DNA of 64,000 bases. It comes from Hyaloraphidium curvatum SAG 235-1. Taxonomy: Eukaryota > Fungi > Monoblepharomycota. The stretch's first letter is position 1, and the number at the start of each line of letters is the position of its first letter. The DNA is taken from the NCBI GenBank assembly GCA_025558095.1, contig JAIVFI010000038.1, positions 62,001-126,000 of the forward strand. Reading direction: 5' to 3'. Shown one piece after another: positions 31,354 through 42,122 of this stretch. The position numbers and the translations under genes are program-made. Below the pieces are notes generated by a model. It made no database searches, was not told where the DNA came from, and saw only the letters and a program-made list of their open reading frames with translations.

Positions 31354-33015
31354 CTACCCGCGACGCACGCCGAGCCCAGATCGGATTGCAGAACACCTCC
31401 TTTGGTGACCACCCTTGAACCAAGCGCTCTTCTGGCAGTCCCTGCCGCAATACTTCTCGCTCTTGCACCCTGAGCAGACGAACCTGCTTGTCGCCTCCAG
31501 CTGCTTGAGGCAGGTGGCGCAGAATCCGTTGCCGACTTCGATCGAAACCGCCCTGCGGTCTCCCGATCCCTGCAACGCCAGCCGGCGGAAGGCACCGAGC
31601 GACGAGTCCCATTCCGACATCGCGCGGTCGAGGAGGTGCTCGGCCGATTCGCCCGGGAACACCCAACGCACGTCGAGGAACACCGAGAGACCTTCGGGGA
31701 GCGGTTCCCGCGAAAGCACGGCGCAAGCGATCAGGTCGACGGTGCGCGGCACGCGAGAGTAAAAGTCCGGGTGCATGTGGTTCATGGCCGCGACGTCGAT
31801 GTTCAGCCGGCGGAGATCCCAAGGGAGAGCGCCGCGGACGACCAGGGCGACCTTGTTGAGCTCGTGCATCCACACCGTCACCCTGAGCTGCTGCAGAGAC
31901 GACGACGCGAGAATCGACCTCAGGTTGGGTTCCATCATCACGGAGACATCGACTGTGAGCTCGAAGTTCGGACCGAACGTCGCGGCCGCGACTCGGCGTA
32001 CGGCGTCCCCCAATTCTTGGGAGTCCGCGAACATCGCCTGGAGCTGAAGTCCAGCGAAGCTTTGAATCAGCTGCGTGGTCCACGAAGAGGAGCTTTCCAC
32101 AAAGTGATCGGCTTGAATCGACCACGAGCGGAGATCTTCCAGCCTGCTCAGCGTGGGTATGAACCGCGGATCCTCGATCAACACGTTCCCGAGGCGCACA
32201 TGGTGGATGAAAAGCTTTTGCAACCGAGGGCATGAATCAACCAGATCGAGTATTCCGCCCGCGGCCCTCCTGGCCATTTTCGGATGGCACCCGACATCAA
32301 AGGAGGCCGCAGTGAGAGTCGAGGGGAAGTAGCCCATGCCGGTGTCCAAAACGGGTCCCGAGTAGCTCCATTCCTTGATCGTTGCGGAGCCCGCCACGGC
32401 ACCCACGATGTTGACGGCGTCCGGCACGGCGATGCAGGCGATCGCGAAGCGGCTCAGACCCGGCGGAAGCACGAGCCTGGCACTCGGCCTCCCCCCGCTC
32501 TCCTCCAAAGCTTTCCGGATGAGCGCAGCCTCGCTTTTCGACGGCAGTTGGAACAGCTCATCGGGGCCGTTCGCCATGAAATCGCCGATCTCGGGAGGCA
32601 CCGAAGCAATGATCTCCACGTTCATGTGGTTGGAGACAGGTACGGGTAGGACGACTTGGAGATCCTTGAGCGACGAGCAGGAGTCCAGGAGGTCGCGGAT
32701 CACGGCGTGCCACGCCTGCAGGTGCCGGCACTCCGCCGCGATGGCTTCCGCGAGGCTCCCAGACGGCAGCGGGACTTCGATGTGGAGCGACAAGACAGGC
32801 AGCTGCTTTCCTCCGAATGCATCGAGCACCGAGCGCCACGTGGAGGCGGGCACGCGCGGGCCCACGGCGAGACGGCGGAAGAGCACGGGGAGGAGGAGGC
32901 GCCGCTGCTCCCGGGACGCCGACGAGAGCGCGGCAGCCGTGGCCAGGGTTCCGGTGGCGACAAGCACTTCCGAGACCTTTTCGAGGACGTCGGCGGTGAG
33001 GAGTGAGGCGTCCAT
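31354..33015 (-). CDS. MYND zinc-finger protein with an F-box-like N-terminus, paralogue B (inverted relative to A)
   Basis: MDASLLTADVLEKVSEVL...; CATC...CSGC...YCGRDCQKSAW...HQRRC; colinear with 22267-23943. Confidence 0.85.
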   Translation of the reverse strand: MDASLLTADVLEKVSEVLVATGTLATAAALSSASREQRRLLLPVLFRRLAVGPRVPASTWRSVLDAFGGKQLPVLSLHIEVPLPSGSLAEAIAAECRHLQAWHAVIRDLLDSCSSLKDLQVVLPVPVSNHMNVEIIASVPPEIGDFMANGPDELFQLPSKSEAALIRKALEESGGRPSARLVLPPGLSRFAIACIAVPDAVNIVGAVAGSATIKEWSYSGPVLDTGMGYFPSTLTAASFDVGCHPKMARRAAGGILDLVDSCPRLQKLFIHHVRLGNVLIEDPRFIPTLSRLEDLRSWSIQADHFVESSSSWTTQLIQSFAGLQLQAMFADSQELGDAVRRVAAATFGPNFELTVDVSVMMEPNLRSILASSSLQQLRVTVWMHELNKVALVVRGALPWDLRRLNIDVAAMNHMHPDFYSRVPRTVDLIACAVLSREPLPEGLSVFLDVRWVFPGESAEHLLDRAMSEWDSSLGAFRRLALQGSGDRRAVSIEVGNGFCATCLKQLEATSRFVCSGCKSEKYCGRDCQKSAWFKGGHQRRCSAIRSGLGVRRG

Positions 33016-33298
33016 CGCGGAGGTGTCGTTGGTGTTGAGCGATGACGAAGCGGTCTTTGTTCGACAGAAGCCCGGCCTTCCATCTTGACAGAACTCACTC
33101 GACAGCTCAATTGAGCCAGAACTCGTCCGAGGACAATATGAAGAAGAGGACCAACCCAATCAGAGCGTAGAACGTGCAAAGTTGGGGTCTCTGGAGTACA
33201 TGGGATGCTACCTCTCGTCGGATCCACGGGGCGATAGAAGCGTCCTGTTCCGGCCCCCTTAACTGGTCGAAACACAGCAGCAGGTGCCGCTGCTCCAC

Positions 33299-33808
33299 CT
33301 AGCACCCCATTTTGGCGCCCTTTGCGTTGACCACCAGCCCCACGGCCAGTCCGCACAGTCCGATGCTCTCGGCGGCGACCATCAGCACGCCCAGCAGCAC
33401 GCCCTCGCGGGCCGTGCCGGAGTTTCCTTCGGCGACGCCTGCCACGGCGCCCAGCGCCCAGCCGGCGCCGATGCAGGCGAGGCCGACGCACAGGCCGGCG
33501 CCGAGCGCGGCGCCGCCCGCCGCGGCGGGGTAACCGCCCGTGCGCTCCAGCCCGCCGGCGATGACCAGCGCCCCCACGGCCCCGTAGACGGCCAGCACCA
33601 GCGACATCAGCACGCTCGCCGCCTGCCGGAGCCGCAGCCCCGCCGAGGGCGGCAGCGGCGCGCCGTCGGAGGTGTCGCCCGGCGCGATGCGCGCGGAGGG
33701 GGACAGCGCGACCGCGGCGCCGAGCGACGAGAGGCCCATGGCGAGCGCGGCCCCGAGGGAGCCGAGCACGGGGGCGTAGGCGGGGCAGAGGTCGGAGGCG
33801 GAGGCCAT
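33299..33808 (-). CDS. Divergent V-ATPase proteolipid subunit c/c'-like protein
   Basis: DLCPAYAP...ALAMGLSSLGAA, LAVYG, LGAGLCVGLACIGAGWALG and AAESIGLCGLAVGLVVN (TM4 Glu retained); four TM segments; intronless. Confidence 0.8.
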   Translation of the reverse strand: MASASDLCPAYAPVLGSLGAALAMGLSSLGAAVALSPSARIAPGDTSDGAPLPPSAGLRLRQAASVLMSLVLAVYGAVGALVIAGGLERTGGYPAAAGGAALGAGLCVGLACIGAGWALGAVAGVAEGNSGTAREGVLLGVLMVAAESIGLCGLAVGLVVNAKGAKMGC

Positions 33809-34088
33809 CGCGGACGTTCGGTGGATGTCGAGTCAGATGAGCGCTGACTAAGCACGACCGCCCGCAGGGGACAGACAGGGTATGCCCGTCGGCGGCTTGA
33901 TCGGAATCTGCATTGCAGTCGATCGTGTGGCGCGGTCGGCATGCACGGCCCGCACTGCTGTAGGCTGCGTGCGAGCGGGTGCTCCTGCAATGCGGGGGAA
34001 TCCCTGCAGGGAGGCACAGCCGAGCCGTCAAAACCCGCAGCGCATAGACCCCGGAACCAACCAAACCATCCGAAATCGAAAAAGCAGA

Positions 34089-35354
34089 ATGAAGCCCGCC
34101 CCGCTCTACGCGCTGCTCGCAGTGGTGGCGGCCTGCATCTCCACATGCTACGCCGCCTCATCGGAGAATGGAGGCCGATCCGCTGCCCTGCAGCGCCTCG
34201 ACCAACAGCTCTCCGCCATCCTACCCCCCGGCCGGCCCAAATGGGCCCTCTCCAACGCGTTCCAGGGCGTGGTCTCGTCCGCGGCCTCGTCGGACCTGGT
34301 TTCGGGCGCCGCTATGGACCTGCTCGTCTGGATCCCGATCGCCATGCTGTTTGCCCTGATCGCCCACGCCGCGGGCCACCTGCTTCTCTCCTTGGCCGCC
34401 GGCAATCGGTATCGGAAGTTGGAGCAGGACCAGAGGCTCGTCACCGCGCAGCACACCATGTTCGCGCTGGCCTACACGCTCCAGGTCGTCCCCTACACCC
34501 TGCTCTTTGCCCGCATCATGTTCGTGCGCTGGGACGCCGCCTACCTGGCCGGCACCACCTCGCACCTCTCGGACCTCCCCGCCATGGTCGGCCTCTTCAT
34601 ATTCTGGCACGCGGCCATGTACGGCGCCGAGGCCTCCCTGCGCACGCTCGTCCGCCGCAACGCGATCGTGCTCCTGCACCACGCCCTGTTCTTCCTCCTC
34701 CTCGCGCTGTCATGCTGGTTCGCCGACGTGCTGGTGATCAAGGCCACCCTGGTCCTGGACCTCGGCGCGGCGCACGAGTTCCCGCTGTTCTGGGCGCTGC
34801 TCGCGCACCGCCTCTCGGGCCACCCACGGGTGACCCGCGTCCTGCTCGTGGTCGGGACGGCGTGGTACGAGGCCACGAGGGTCCTGCAGACGTGCCTGCT
34901 GGCGTGGATGCTCGCCGCGTGCGACCCGGGGCTGAGGCGGACGGGCGGGTACTGGACCGCGGCGGTGTTCGGGGCGGCGCTGACGGCGGTGCAGGGGTAT
35001 ACGTTCGTGATCTACTGGGTACGTGGGCAGCGTGTGCCTCTGGGGAGCCGACAGCGATGCTGATCGACGTGCCGATGATCGCAGGGTCTGTACAAGCGCG
35101 CCGGGAAGGGGGCGGGGACGAGGGCGGTTCAATCGGCTGCCGAGCTCGGCGCCGCGGATGCGGATGCCGCGGGGTCGGAGGATGGCAAGGTGCGGAGGTG
35201 CGGGACGCCAGATCGGACGCGACCGAAGTGGAGGATGCTTGAAGCTGTGCCCGCCATGGGGCGGCGTGTGGCCCGTGGATCAAATTGTCTTGCTGCTACA
35301 CCGATCTGTTCCGTGCGATCAGAAACCCCATGTCCCCCGCGCATCCGGATGTGA
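34089..35354 (+). CDS. Multi-pass membrane protein (TLC-domain-like)
   Basis: Signal-like N-terminus, about 6-7 TM segments, MY..E...LLHH motif; intron 35019-35084. The 3' end is uncertain: 35354 in frame, or 35242 if one base is missing near 35190. Confidence 0.65.
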
Positions 35355-35375
35355 CCGCCTCCAGTGGTCAGAGTG

Positions 35376-36005
35376 TCACTCCCGCTTGGTCGCCGCAGTA
35401 AAGAGCTGCCCATCGTAGTCCTTGACCTCGGCCGCCGTCACCATAACCTGCGCCGCGTCCTCGTAGCTCACGAACGGCCCCGACTGCCTGTTGATCCTGA
35501 TGGCCGGCGGCGGCACCGTCTTCTTCCCGACCTCCCTCATCATGGCCGGGCAAAAGACCGAGTAGTTGATCCCGCTCGCCCGGATGGCATCGATGCACGC
35601 CGAGTGGCTCTTGAACGCCGTCTCGGCCCCGGGCCACACCTTGGCCCACTCCTTCCACGCCGGCGTCACGCCGTCGTCCGCGAGCACGTTGGTCGCCCCG
35701 GCCACGTAGACGAGCTTCCCGGCCCCGGCATTCTTCACCCCTTCCGCCAGAGCGCGCGCGACGGGGAGCACCGCGCCGCTCCCCGAAAGCACCGTGTCCA
35801 TCCCCCTCGCGGCCTCCTCGACCTGCGCGGGGTCCGACGCGTCGCCGACGTGCAGCCTGTCGAGCTTCGCGGCGGCATTGCCGAGCTTCGCGCGGAGCTT
35901 GTCGGCGTCGCGGACTAGCGCAGAGACGGTGTGTCCGCGGGAGAGGGATTCGAGGACGAGGTGCACGCCGAGGCCCCCGGTGGCGCCGACGACGAGGATC
36001 TTCAT
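35376..36005 (-). CDS. NAD(P)H-binding protein (flavin reductase/BVR-B-like, atypical SDR)
   Basis: MKILVVGATGGLG, ALVRD, GDASDP, VSYEDAA; intronless. Confidence 0.88.
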   Translation of the reverse strand: MKILVVGATGGLGVHLVLESLSRGHTVSALVRDADKLRAKLGNAAAKLDRLHVGDASDPAQVEEAARGMDTVLSGSGAVLPVARALAEGVKNAGAGKLVYVAGATNVLADDGVTPAWKEWAKVWPGAETAFKSHSACIDAIRASGINYSVFCPAMMREVGKKTVPPPAIRINRQSGPFVSYEDAAQVMVTAAEVKDYDGQLFTAATKRE

Positions 36006-37123
36006 TTTGGTGGTGACTAGTGGTAGGGCGGGATTCGCGGCGGAGGGCGCGGGATGCGATGGAGCGGGAGGCGGATTGCTGCCTGGAATGCACCGGCGCA
36101 CCGGCCTTTGTATCCGCCGGGAAGGCGGAGGCCCAATTTGTAATGACGTTTGCAAACTTGGCGGCGGGTAAACACGCCCGGAGACCTCCGATCCGGCTCC
36201 CGACCGGCCGGGACCCCGCGACGCACATGGTTGGGCCGGAGATTCGAGCCGTTGGTGGGATTTGGGTTGGCAGGCCGATCGGCGGCTGCGAGTTAGGCTG
36301 CGAGTTTGCACCCAGCGGAGTCTACTCCGGCTTCTGACACGATAGATCAGACGCACGTCGCCGGACGTCGTCATTCAGAGCATCCCGTGACTCGTTGTCC
36401 GATCAGAAGGCGGGCACCCCGACTTTGCAGTTGGGGGGGTTGTGGCAGTGGGCCCCGACCTTGCAGGCATTGCAGCGGCAAACGCAGCCGCCATGCTCGG
36501 TCTCGGACGAGCACATCTGGTGGTCTGCATCCGCATCGTCGGTGAAACGGGCGAGGGGGATGCCGTCGGGAAGAAGGACCCACAGGCGACGCCCATGGCG
36601 GTCCGCACGCGGCCCCAGTCGTACCCCCCCGGGCCTTCGACGTCATGCCATTCCTGCCAAGGCACGTTAGCGTGTCGTTGCGAATGTCTGGGGGAGGGAC
36701 GGACCACGGCGTGGGCTGCGGGCTGCTCGGGGCCTTGGGGTCGTGCGGTCAGCAGCCGGCGCGGCTCGGGGCGGGGCGGGGAAGCCACCTTCGAACTTGA
36801 AGTGGTCGGAAGCGGGCATTCCTGCGCCGTCGGGGTGAAGCGGACTCTGGGGTGAGTCGGGAAGGCGGTCGCGCGATGGGATGGGAGAGCGTCCCGGCCG
36901 CCTGGAGTCCCTGCCCAGCCGAGGCCCGCCCGCCAAGGCACCCATCGAACCTTTCGCAGCTAGCTGGCGCATGTGTGTGCTTAAGTTAAGTCGGATAGTG
37001 TGGACGGCGGGAGCAAGAGATTTCCCGGTATTGATCTTCGGGGCGGTCGTGCTCGCCATGGTGTCGGCGCCGGGGACCCGCTGGCCGCGTTGAGACGGGC
37101 ACGGTGGCTCGCCCGGAGGCCCG

Positions 37124-38461
37124 ATGCCGCCCCTTGAGCGCGTCGGCGGGCTCTTCCTCATCGCGGGCCTCGCTACCTTCGTGATGTGGAACGGAGTTCC
37201 CGCGCCGGGGACGCCTGCGTGCGCCGACGGGCCCGCGGGACGCGTCTTCGAGTGCGCGGACCGCGGGGGCCGCAACGCGTGCTACGTCGGCGAACACCTC
37301 GCTTTCTACGCGCCGCTCGATCGAACATTTGGCACCGAGGGCCACGCGCTGGACTTTGTGCTGGAGGAGCGCGGGCCGGACGCGAAGGCGGGCGGGGACG
37401 CGGGTTCGCGGACAGAAACCCCGGCGGAGCTGTCGTTGATCGTGATCCAGCGGCACCTGCGCGGCAATAGCGACGGCTGGCCGTGGGCAAAGTGGCGGTG
37501 CCGCTTCACGGGCCCCGGCGGCGGCGAGACGACGCCGGGCACAGCGGGATACGGGCACAACCTCAACGCGTGCCCCGTCCCGCCCAAGCTGGCCGCGAAG
37601 CTGCGCGCCCGCACCGTACCGCACCTGACCGTGGACCTGCTGGCCGCAGACTCGGAGGCCCCGCTGGACACCAACCTCACCGCGATCCCTGTGCCGCTCC
37701 TGCCGTCCCGCCCGAGGCGCCGGCTGGCCGTGCACACCATGGTGCGCGACGTCGCGGCGCAGCTCGCCGAGTGGATCGAGTACCACCGGCTGCTGGGCTT
37801 CGACCACTTCTACCTGTACGACAACGGCTCGCGGGACAACCCGGCCTCGATCCTGCGCTTCTACATGGAGCGCGGCCTCGCCACCCTCGTGGCCTGGCCC
37901 TTTTCCTCCCACCCGGGCACCCACTGGAACAAGATCCAGGGATCCTCCATCTCCCACGCCCTGTACTTCTTCGGCCCGTCGACGGAATGGCTCGCCGGGT
38001 TCGACGTGGACGAGTACTTCGAGCCCAACCGCACGGGCCGCTTCTTCCCCCGCAAACCGCCCCGCGCCGATATCCCCACCGCCCTCGACTTTTCCTTCCC
38101 CGAGCGCGGCCCGTTCCGCGGCGGCCTGCAGGTCGCCGTGTGGCACGCCTCGTGCGACCCGCCGGAGCAGCGCGCGCTGCTGGACCGGAAGCGGTACACG
38201 CTGCCGGAGCTCTGCCGCCGCGTGCTGCCGGGCGGTGTGCCCAAGATGTTCGTGCGGCCGCGCCACGTGCGGGCGATCGTGAGCCCGCACGAGCTGTCGT
38301 TCGGGGAGCGGTTCGGCGGGGTGGACATGCCCGAGTTTGGGCGGATCAGGCACTACCACTACCCCAAGGGCGGGGAGGTGGATGGGTCGATGGACGAATA
38401 CGTGGGGCCGCTCAGGGAGGCGCTGGACGCCGCAAGGGGCGAGGGCGCCGCAGGGTTCTGA
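37124..38461 (+). CDS. Glycosyltransferase family 92 (DUF23)-like type II membrane protein
   Basis: N-terminal TM; LAVHTMVRD...LAEWIEYHRLLGFDHFYLYDNGS; DVDEYF; KMFVRP...H; RIRHY. Confidence 0.85.
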   Translation: MPPLERVGGLFLIAGLATFVMWNGVPAPGTPACADGPAGRVFECADRGGRNACYVGEHLAFYAPLDRTFGTEGHALDFVLEERGPDAKAGGDAGSRTETPAELSLIVIQRHLRGNSDGWPWAKWRCRFTGPGGGETTPGTAGYGHNLNACPVPPKLAAKLRARTVPHLTVDLLAADSEAPLDTNLTAIPVPLLPSRPRRRLAVHTMVRDVAAQLAEWIEYHRLLGFDHFYLYDNGSRDNPASILRFYMERGLATLVAWPFSSHPGTHWNKIQGSSISHALYFFGPSTEWLAGFDVDEYFEPNRTGRFFPRKPPRADIPTALDFSFPERGPFRGGLQVAVWHASCDPPEQRALLDRKRYTLPELCRRVLPGGVPKMFVRPRHVRAIVSPHELSFGERFGGVDMPEFGRIRHYHYPKGGEVDGSMDEYVGPLREALDAARGEGAAGF

Positions 38462-38727
38462 ATCTAGCCAAATCCAAAATGCTTGCCGGCCGTTCTGTCG
38501 GTCATGCGCAACTAAATGCTTCTTTGGTGGCGTCGCATGCACTTCATTCGGTCCCACCTCGCTTTCTTCGCAGTCGCGATCGGGAACGTCGCTGCGCCCG
38601 CGTTCCAACCCGTCGTACTTCCCCCGACCAACCGGGTGGAGCGCCACGCGCCTTCCAGCTTCCCCTGATGAATGTTCCAAATCGAAAATACATGCTGTTC
38701 CCACGATAGTCACTCAGCCTGCAATAC

Positions 38728-40085
38728 TCAGCAGCAATCCGACTTCATCACGACAACTTCTTCGTCCTTGTCCTCGGAGCAGCACGCCCCGCCGGAGTCA
38801 GGGGAGTCCTTTCCGTTCACGACCATCTTGCCGGCAACGGCGGTAACCGCTGCATGACCAGGCCCCTCAAATCTGAGCCATCCGAGCACAGCTTCTCCGG
38901 TCGCCAGGCCCAGCATCGCGGCAACGAACACCCACACGTTGAAGTTCATGACGACGAGCATGATTATGTAGGCGGCTGACGAGGACAGGAGGGTGCCGAT
39001 GAACCTGTAGGATGCTGCCTTGAGACGCCGGGTGAGCGAAGGCGCCGGGTTGGCAAGGTCTAGGCGCCTTGCCAGGGTCGACAGCAGATCACTGAAGGTG
39101 ACGGCGCGTGAGCAAGGAGGTACGCAAGGGACAAGAAGCTGCGGCCTCGCACCGGAGAATGGAAAGTGCAATGCTGCCGACGCCGAAAGCGAATACGGCG
39201 AGCAACGAGGCGACGAACTGGCCGACATCTGGGGCCGAAGACCCGTCAGTATGCTGAGCATTGAGGCGCGATATCGTTTTGGCTCACTGTTCGGGACCCA
39301 TGTATAAGAGAGGAAGTAGTCTCTGATCCCGCCATGGAAGTACATGATCATGGACGGTGCGACGTAGCCGTCAGCGTTAGACGTGCAGAGCGTGGTGGCG
39401 CCAATTGGTTGCTGCTTGCACATGGAGGTGTGGATGGTGCACTGGCTCATGGTCGGCATCTGGATGCACAGGTCCGAGTAGACGGCCTGGCGCGCGGAAA
39501 GTTCTACCCTTAGGTTTGGCTTTCTAGCGCTGCCTTGGGCCAACTCACCAGGAGATCGCAATTGGCGTAGGTCACGCCCCCAGCGTAGGAGCATTTCTCG
39601 CAACCTGGCATGGTCATCTCGGTACAGATGCTCTTCACGGCCGCGTTGACTTCGTCCGTCGTCGGAAGACCAGGAAGAGGCGGGTTTGCTGCACAGGCCG
39701 CGACGACCGACCCGGCTGTGGCGTTGCACATCGAGTTGTAGCTGCGGCACCCCCTCATCATGCTCATGCCGTCGTCGGAAACGCAGGTGTCGGCCAGGAG
39801 GCTCATGCCAGTGCAGTACCCGCCCGCGGCGAGGGCCTGCGCGGAAGCGCCACCCGACCGGCAGATGCCGGCGACCGAACACCCGGTCATGAACGGCATG
39901 GCCGTGCACAGGCTATCGACGTCGGCAGTGGCGTTTGTCTCGGGATAGACATAGCCGGCGCAGCTCGGCGTTGCGGGGGTGGATATGCAGGTCTCTGTGG
40001 GCGCGGATCCCCCGCCCATCTCCATGGCCGCGGCGCCGGCGGTGAGGAGGAGGGCCGAGACGAGGGCGAAGGCGAGCGAAGGCAT
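38728..40085 (-). CDS. Ctr-family copper transporter with a Cys/Met-repeat ectodomain
   Basis: Signal peptide; four CxxMxxMxxC-like repeats; MIMYFH; YIIMLVVMNFN (MxxxM); GLATG (GxxxG); CC pairs in the C-terminal tail. Introns 39487-39548, 39229-39287 and 39092-39152. Confidence 0.93.
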
Positions 40086-40576
40086 TGTGCGCGGGACAAG
40101 ATGGCACTGGGCTCTTCGGGAGTACGGCGACCTTGCTCAGGCAGTTCGTGCGGTCCAAGGGTCCGGCCTCAGACGGACCGATCACAATGCGCACTGGCCG
40201 GCCGGACAAAACTTGGGATCGGCGCACTTCTGATTGTCTTGCTTCCCTGGGGGCCCCGGAATTCGCGGCAGTGGATATGCCTGAATTGTTTCCGGCGGCG
40301 GATGGAGGAACTGGACTGCGGCGCGTCCGGGGACGAACCGGCCCCCAGTTGAGCGAAAAGGCCTCGTCCCGCAGTTTGTCCGCCAGCGGGGGGCGCAAGG
40401 CCGGAACGCGCGAGTGCTCACTTGATCTGCGAAATGCAACGGCTAACGAACTTCGATCCGGCGCATCGAGTGCGCGATCTCTCGGTTCTGTTCGGCCGTT
40501 ATCGGAGCGGCTGGTGGCTTCAGGCGCCCAGGCGACGGCCTCACTCACCGAACCGCCGTTCTCCACCGACCCTCCA
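40086..40576. promoter_or_regulatory. Bidirectional promoter of the copper pair with three GCTCA-core (CuRE-like) elements
   Basis: CTTGCTCA 40132-40139, TGAGCGAAA 40350-40358 (reverse complement TTTCGCTCA) and AGTGCTCA 40413-40420 resemble the Mac1 element TTTGCTCA. Confidence 0.4.
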
Positions 40577-41764
40577 ATGGCGACTCGTTTCCTCACCGCC
40601 GCAGTAACACTATCCCTCGTCTTCTCTTTTGCTCCCCGCACAGAGGCGCAGCATGGGGGATCCATGAATATGACGGGACCGGGTGGCGTCCTCTCAAGCG
40701 ACCCCTGCGTCCTCCAACCGTCGCGGCCTGAGTGCGAGTACTACCACTTTCCGATGGCCAACACGACAGCCGACCTCAACGCTCTCTGCACGGCCATGCC
40801 TTTCATGAGCGCCTGCACGATTCGCGACATGTGTGAGGCCGGGGCCGTCCCGACGCTGAACGCCACCGGGTGCGTCTCGTGACATCTCGTCCCCGCCGAC
40901 GTGGGCGCCTGTTAACTCGCTACTTCTGACGTGCCGAAATTCCACCACAGGTGGTGCAAGCCGTTCTCCCTCGTGGCCCACGTCTGCTCAGTTGATGAGG
41001 GGATGTCGAGGATGAAGGGTTGCGTCAACTACAACAGGTGCGCTAGTACGGCCGGTCGTCGTGGTCGGAAGCAGGCTGAAAAAGGAGGATCCTTGTCTGA
41101 CACCTGCCGCCTCCCGGTCAGCATGTGCAACGAAACCGCCGGATCCGTTGTCATTCAGTGCGAGGTCATCAAGCCCCTCCCGAACCTTCCATCCACCAAG
41201 GCTGTGAACGCCGAGGTCAAGAGTATCTGCGAAGAAATGCCGGACATGCAGGGTTGCGAGAAGGTCGGTCTCGGACGCATTGTCGACGTTCTTAGCCCCT
41301 CCGTCCAACTGCTGACTCACTCTCGCAGTGTTCTTTCGCCAACAACGTCACGTACGCTAACTGCGACCTCCTGGTACGAGCAGTAGCCAGCGAATCCAAT
41401 GTGTTGCCCTGCTAACTCCGCAGCCGCTCCATAGGGAGTCTACTCGCAACTTTGCCGCTCGATGCCGACGCACACACAGTGCTTCATGATGAACACATTG
41501 TGCGCTGGGCCGACGGGCACCACATCCCTTTGCTCGGGTTGGACCTACACGCAGTACCAAGGTCAGACCTCGCCGCCGTCGGTCGTGACGCAAACGAACG
41601 GGGTTGTGCCGACGAAGCCTACCTCGTCCATGACGGTTGCGACGGCGACAACGACGACTTCCATCATCAGCACAAGCAGGCCCAGCAGCGGCACCACAGT
41701 TGGTTTCAGCATTACTCTGGGCCTGGCACTTGCACTCGTCGCCCTGCGCTACACCACTCTGTAG
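40577..41764 (+). CDS. Secreted or GPI-anchored Cys/Met-repeat protein (Ctr ectodomain-only paralogue)
   Basis: Signal peptide; LCTAMPFMSAC, GMSRMKGC, ICEEMPDMQGCEKC, LCRSMPTHTQC; Thr/Ser stalk; hydrophobic end GFSITLGLALALVAL. Introns 40870-40950, 41038-41121, 41264-41328 and 41374-41434. Confidence 0.88.
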
Positions 41765-42122
41765 TTCTGCACAAAGCAGACGAGGAAGCAGATATCCCGG
41801 GAAGTGTAGGATCAGAGCAGGGAGACCTACAGTCGATACGAGTCCGCCACGGGCCATCTGAGTAGACGTCCCTTGACATTGCTCTTTTGACTTTGCCCCC
41901 ACCGTTGTTTGCTCCGTCGATCGCGGCGGACGCGACGCGATCGTGGGGGGCGCGAGCTAGCGCCAGTGGAGGGCACTCAATCGCATTTGTAATCGGCGGC
42001 GAGCCCGACGTGAGCATGCTCGTTTTGTTCTTTCAAACTCTAGTCGGTCCGTCCCGTTCGCGGAAGAGCAGGTGGGCGGGAAAAGCCAACTCCAGTTCTT
42101 TCCTCCGCCGGCCCGTCCGACG

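Noticed and set aside
36010-37120. ORFs between the NAD(P)H-binding gene and GT92
   Set aside because: No consistent coding bias or homology; treated as divergent intergenic DNA.
33299-41764. A larger metal-homeostasis cluster including the V-ATPase c-like, flavin-reductase-like and Ctr genes
   Set aside because: Only the Ctr pair shows direct sequence linkage; the others are separated by unrelated genes and the functional link is speculative.
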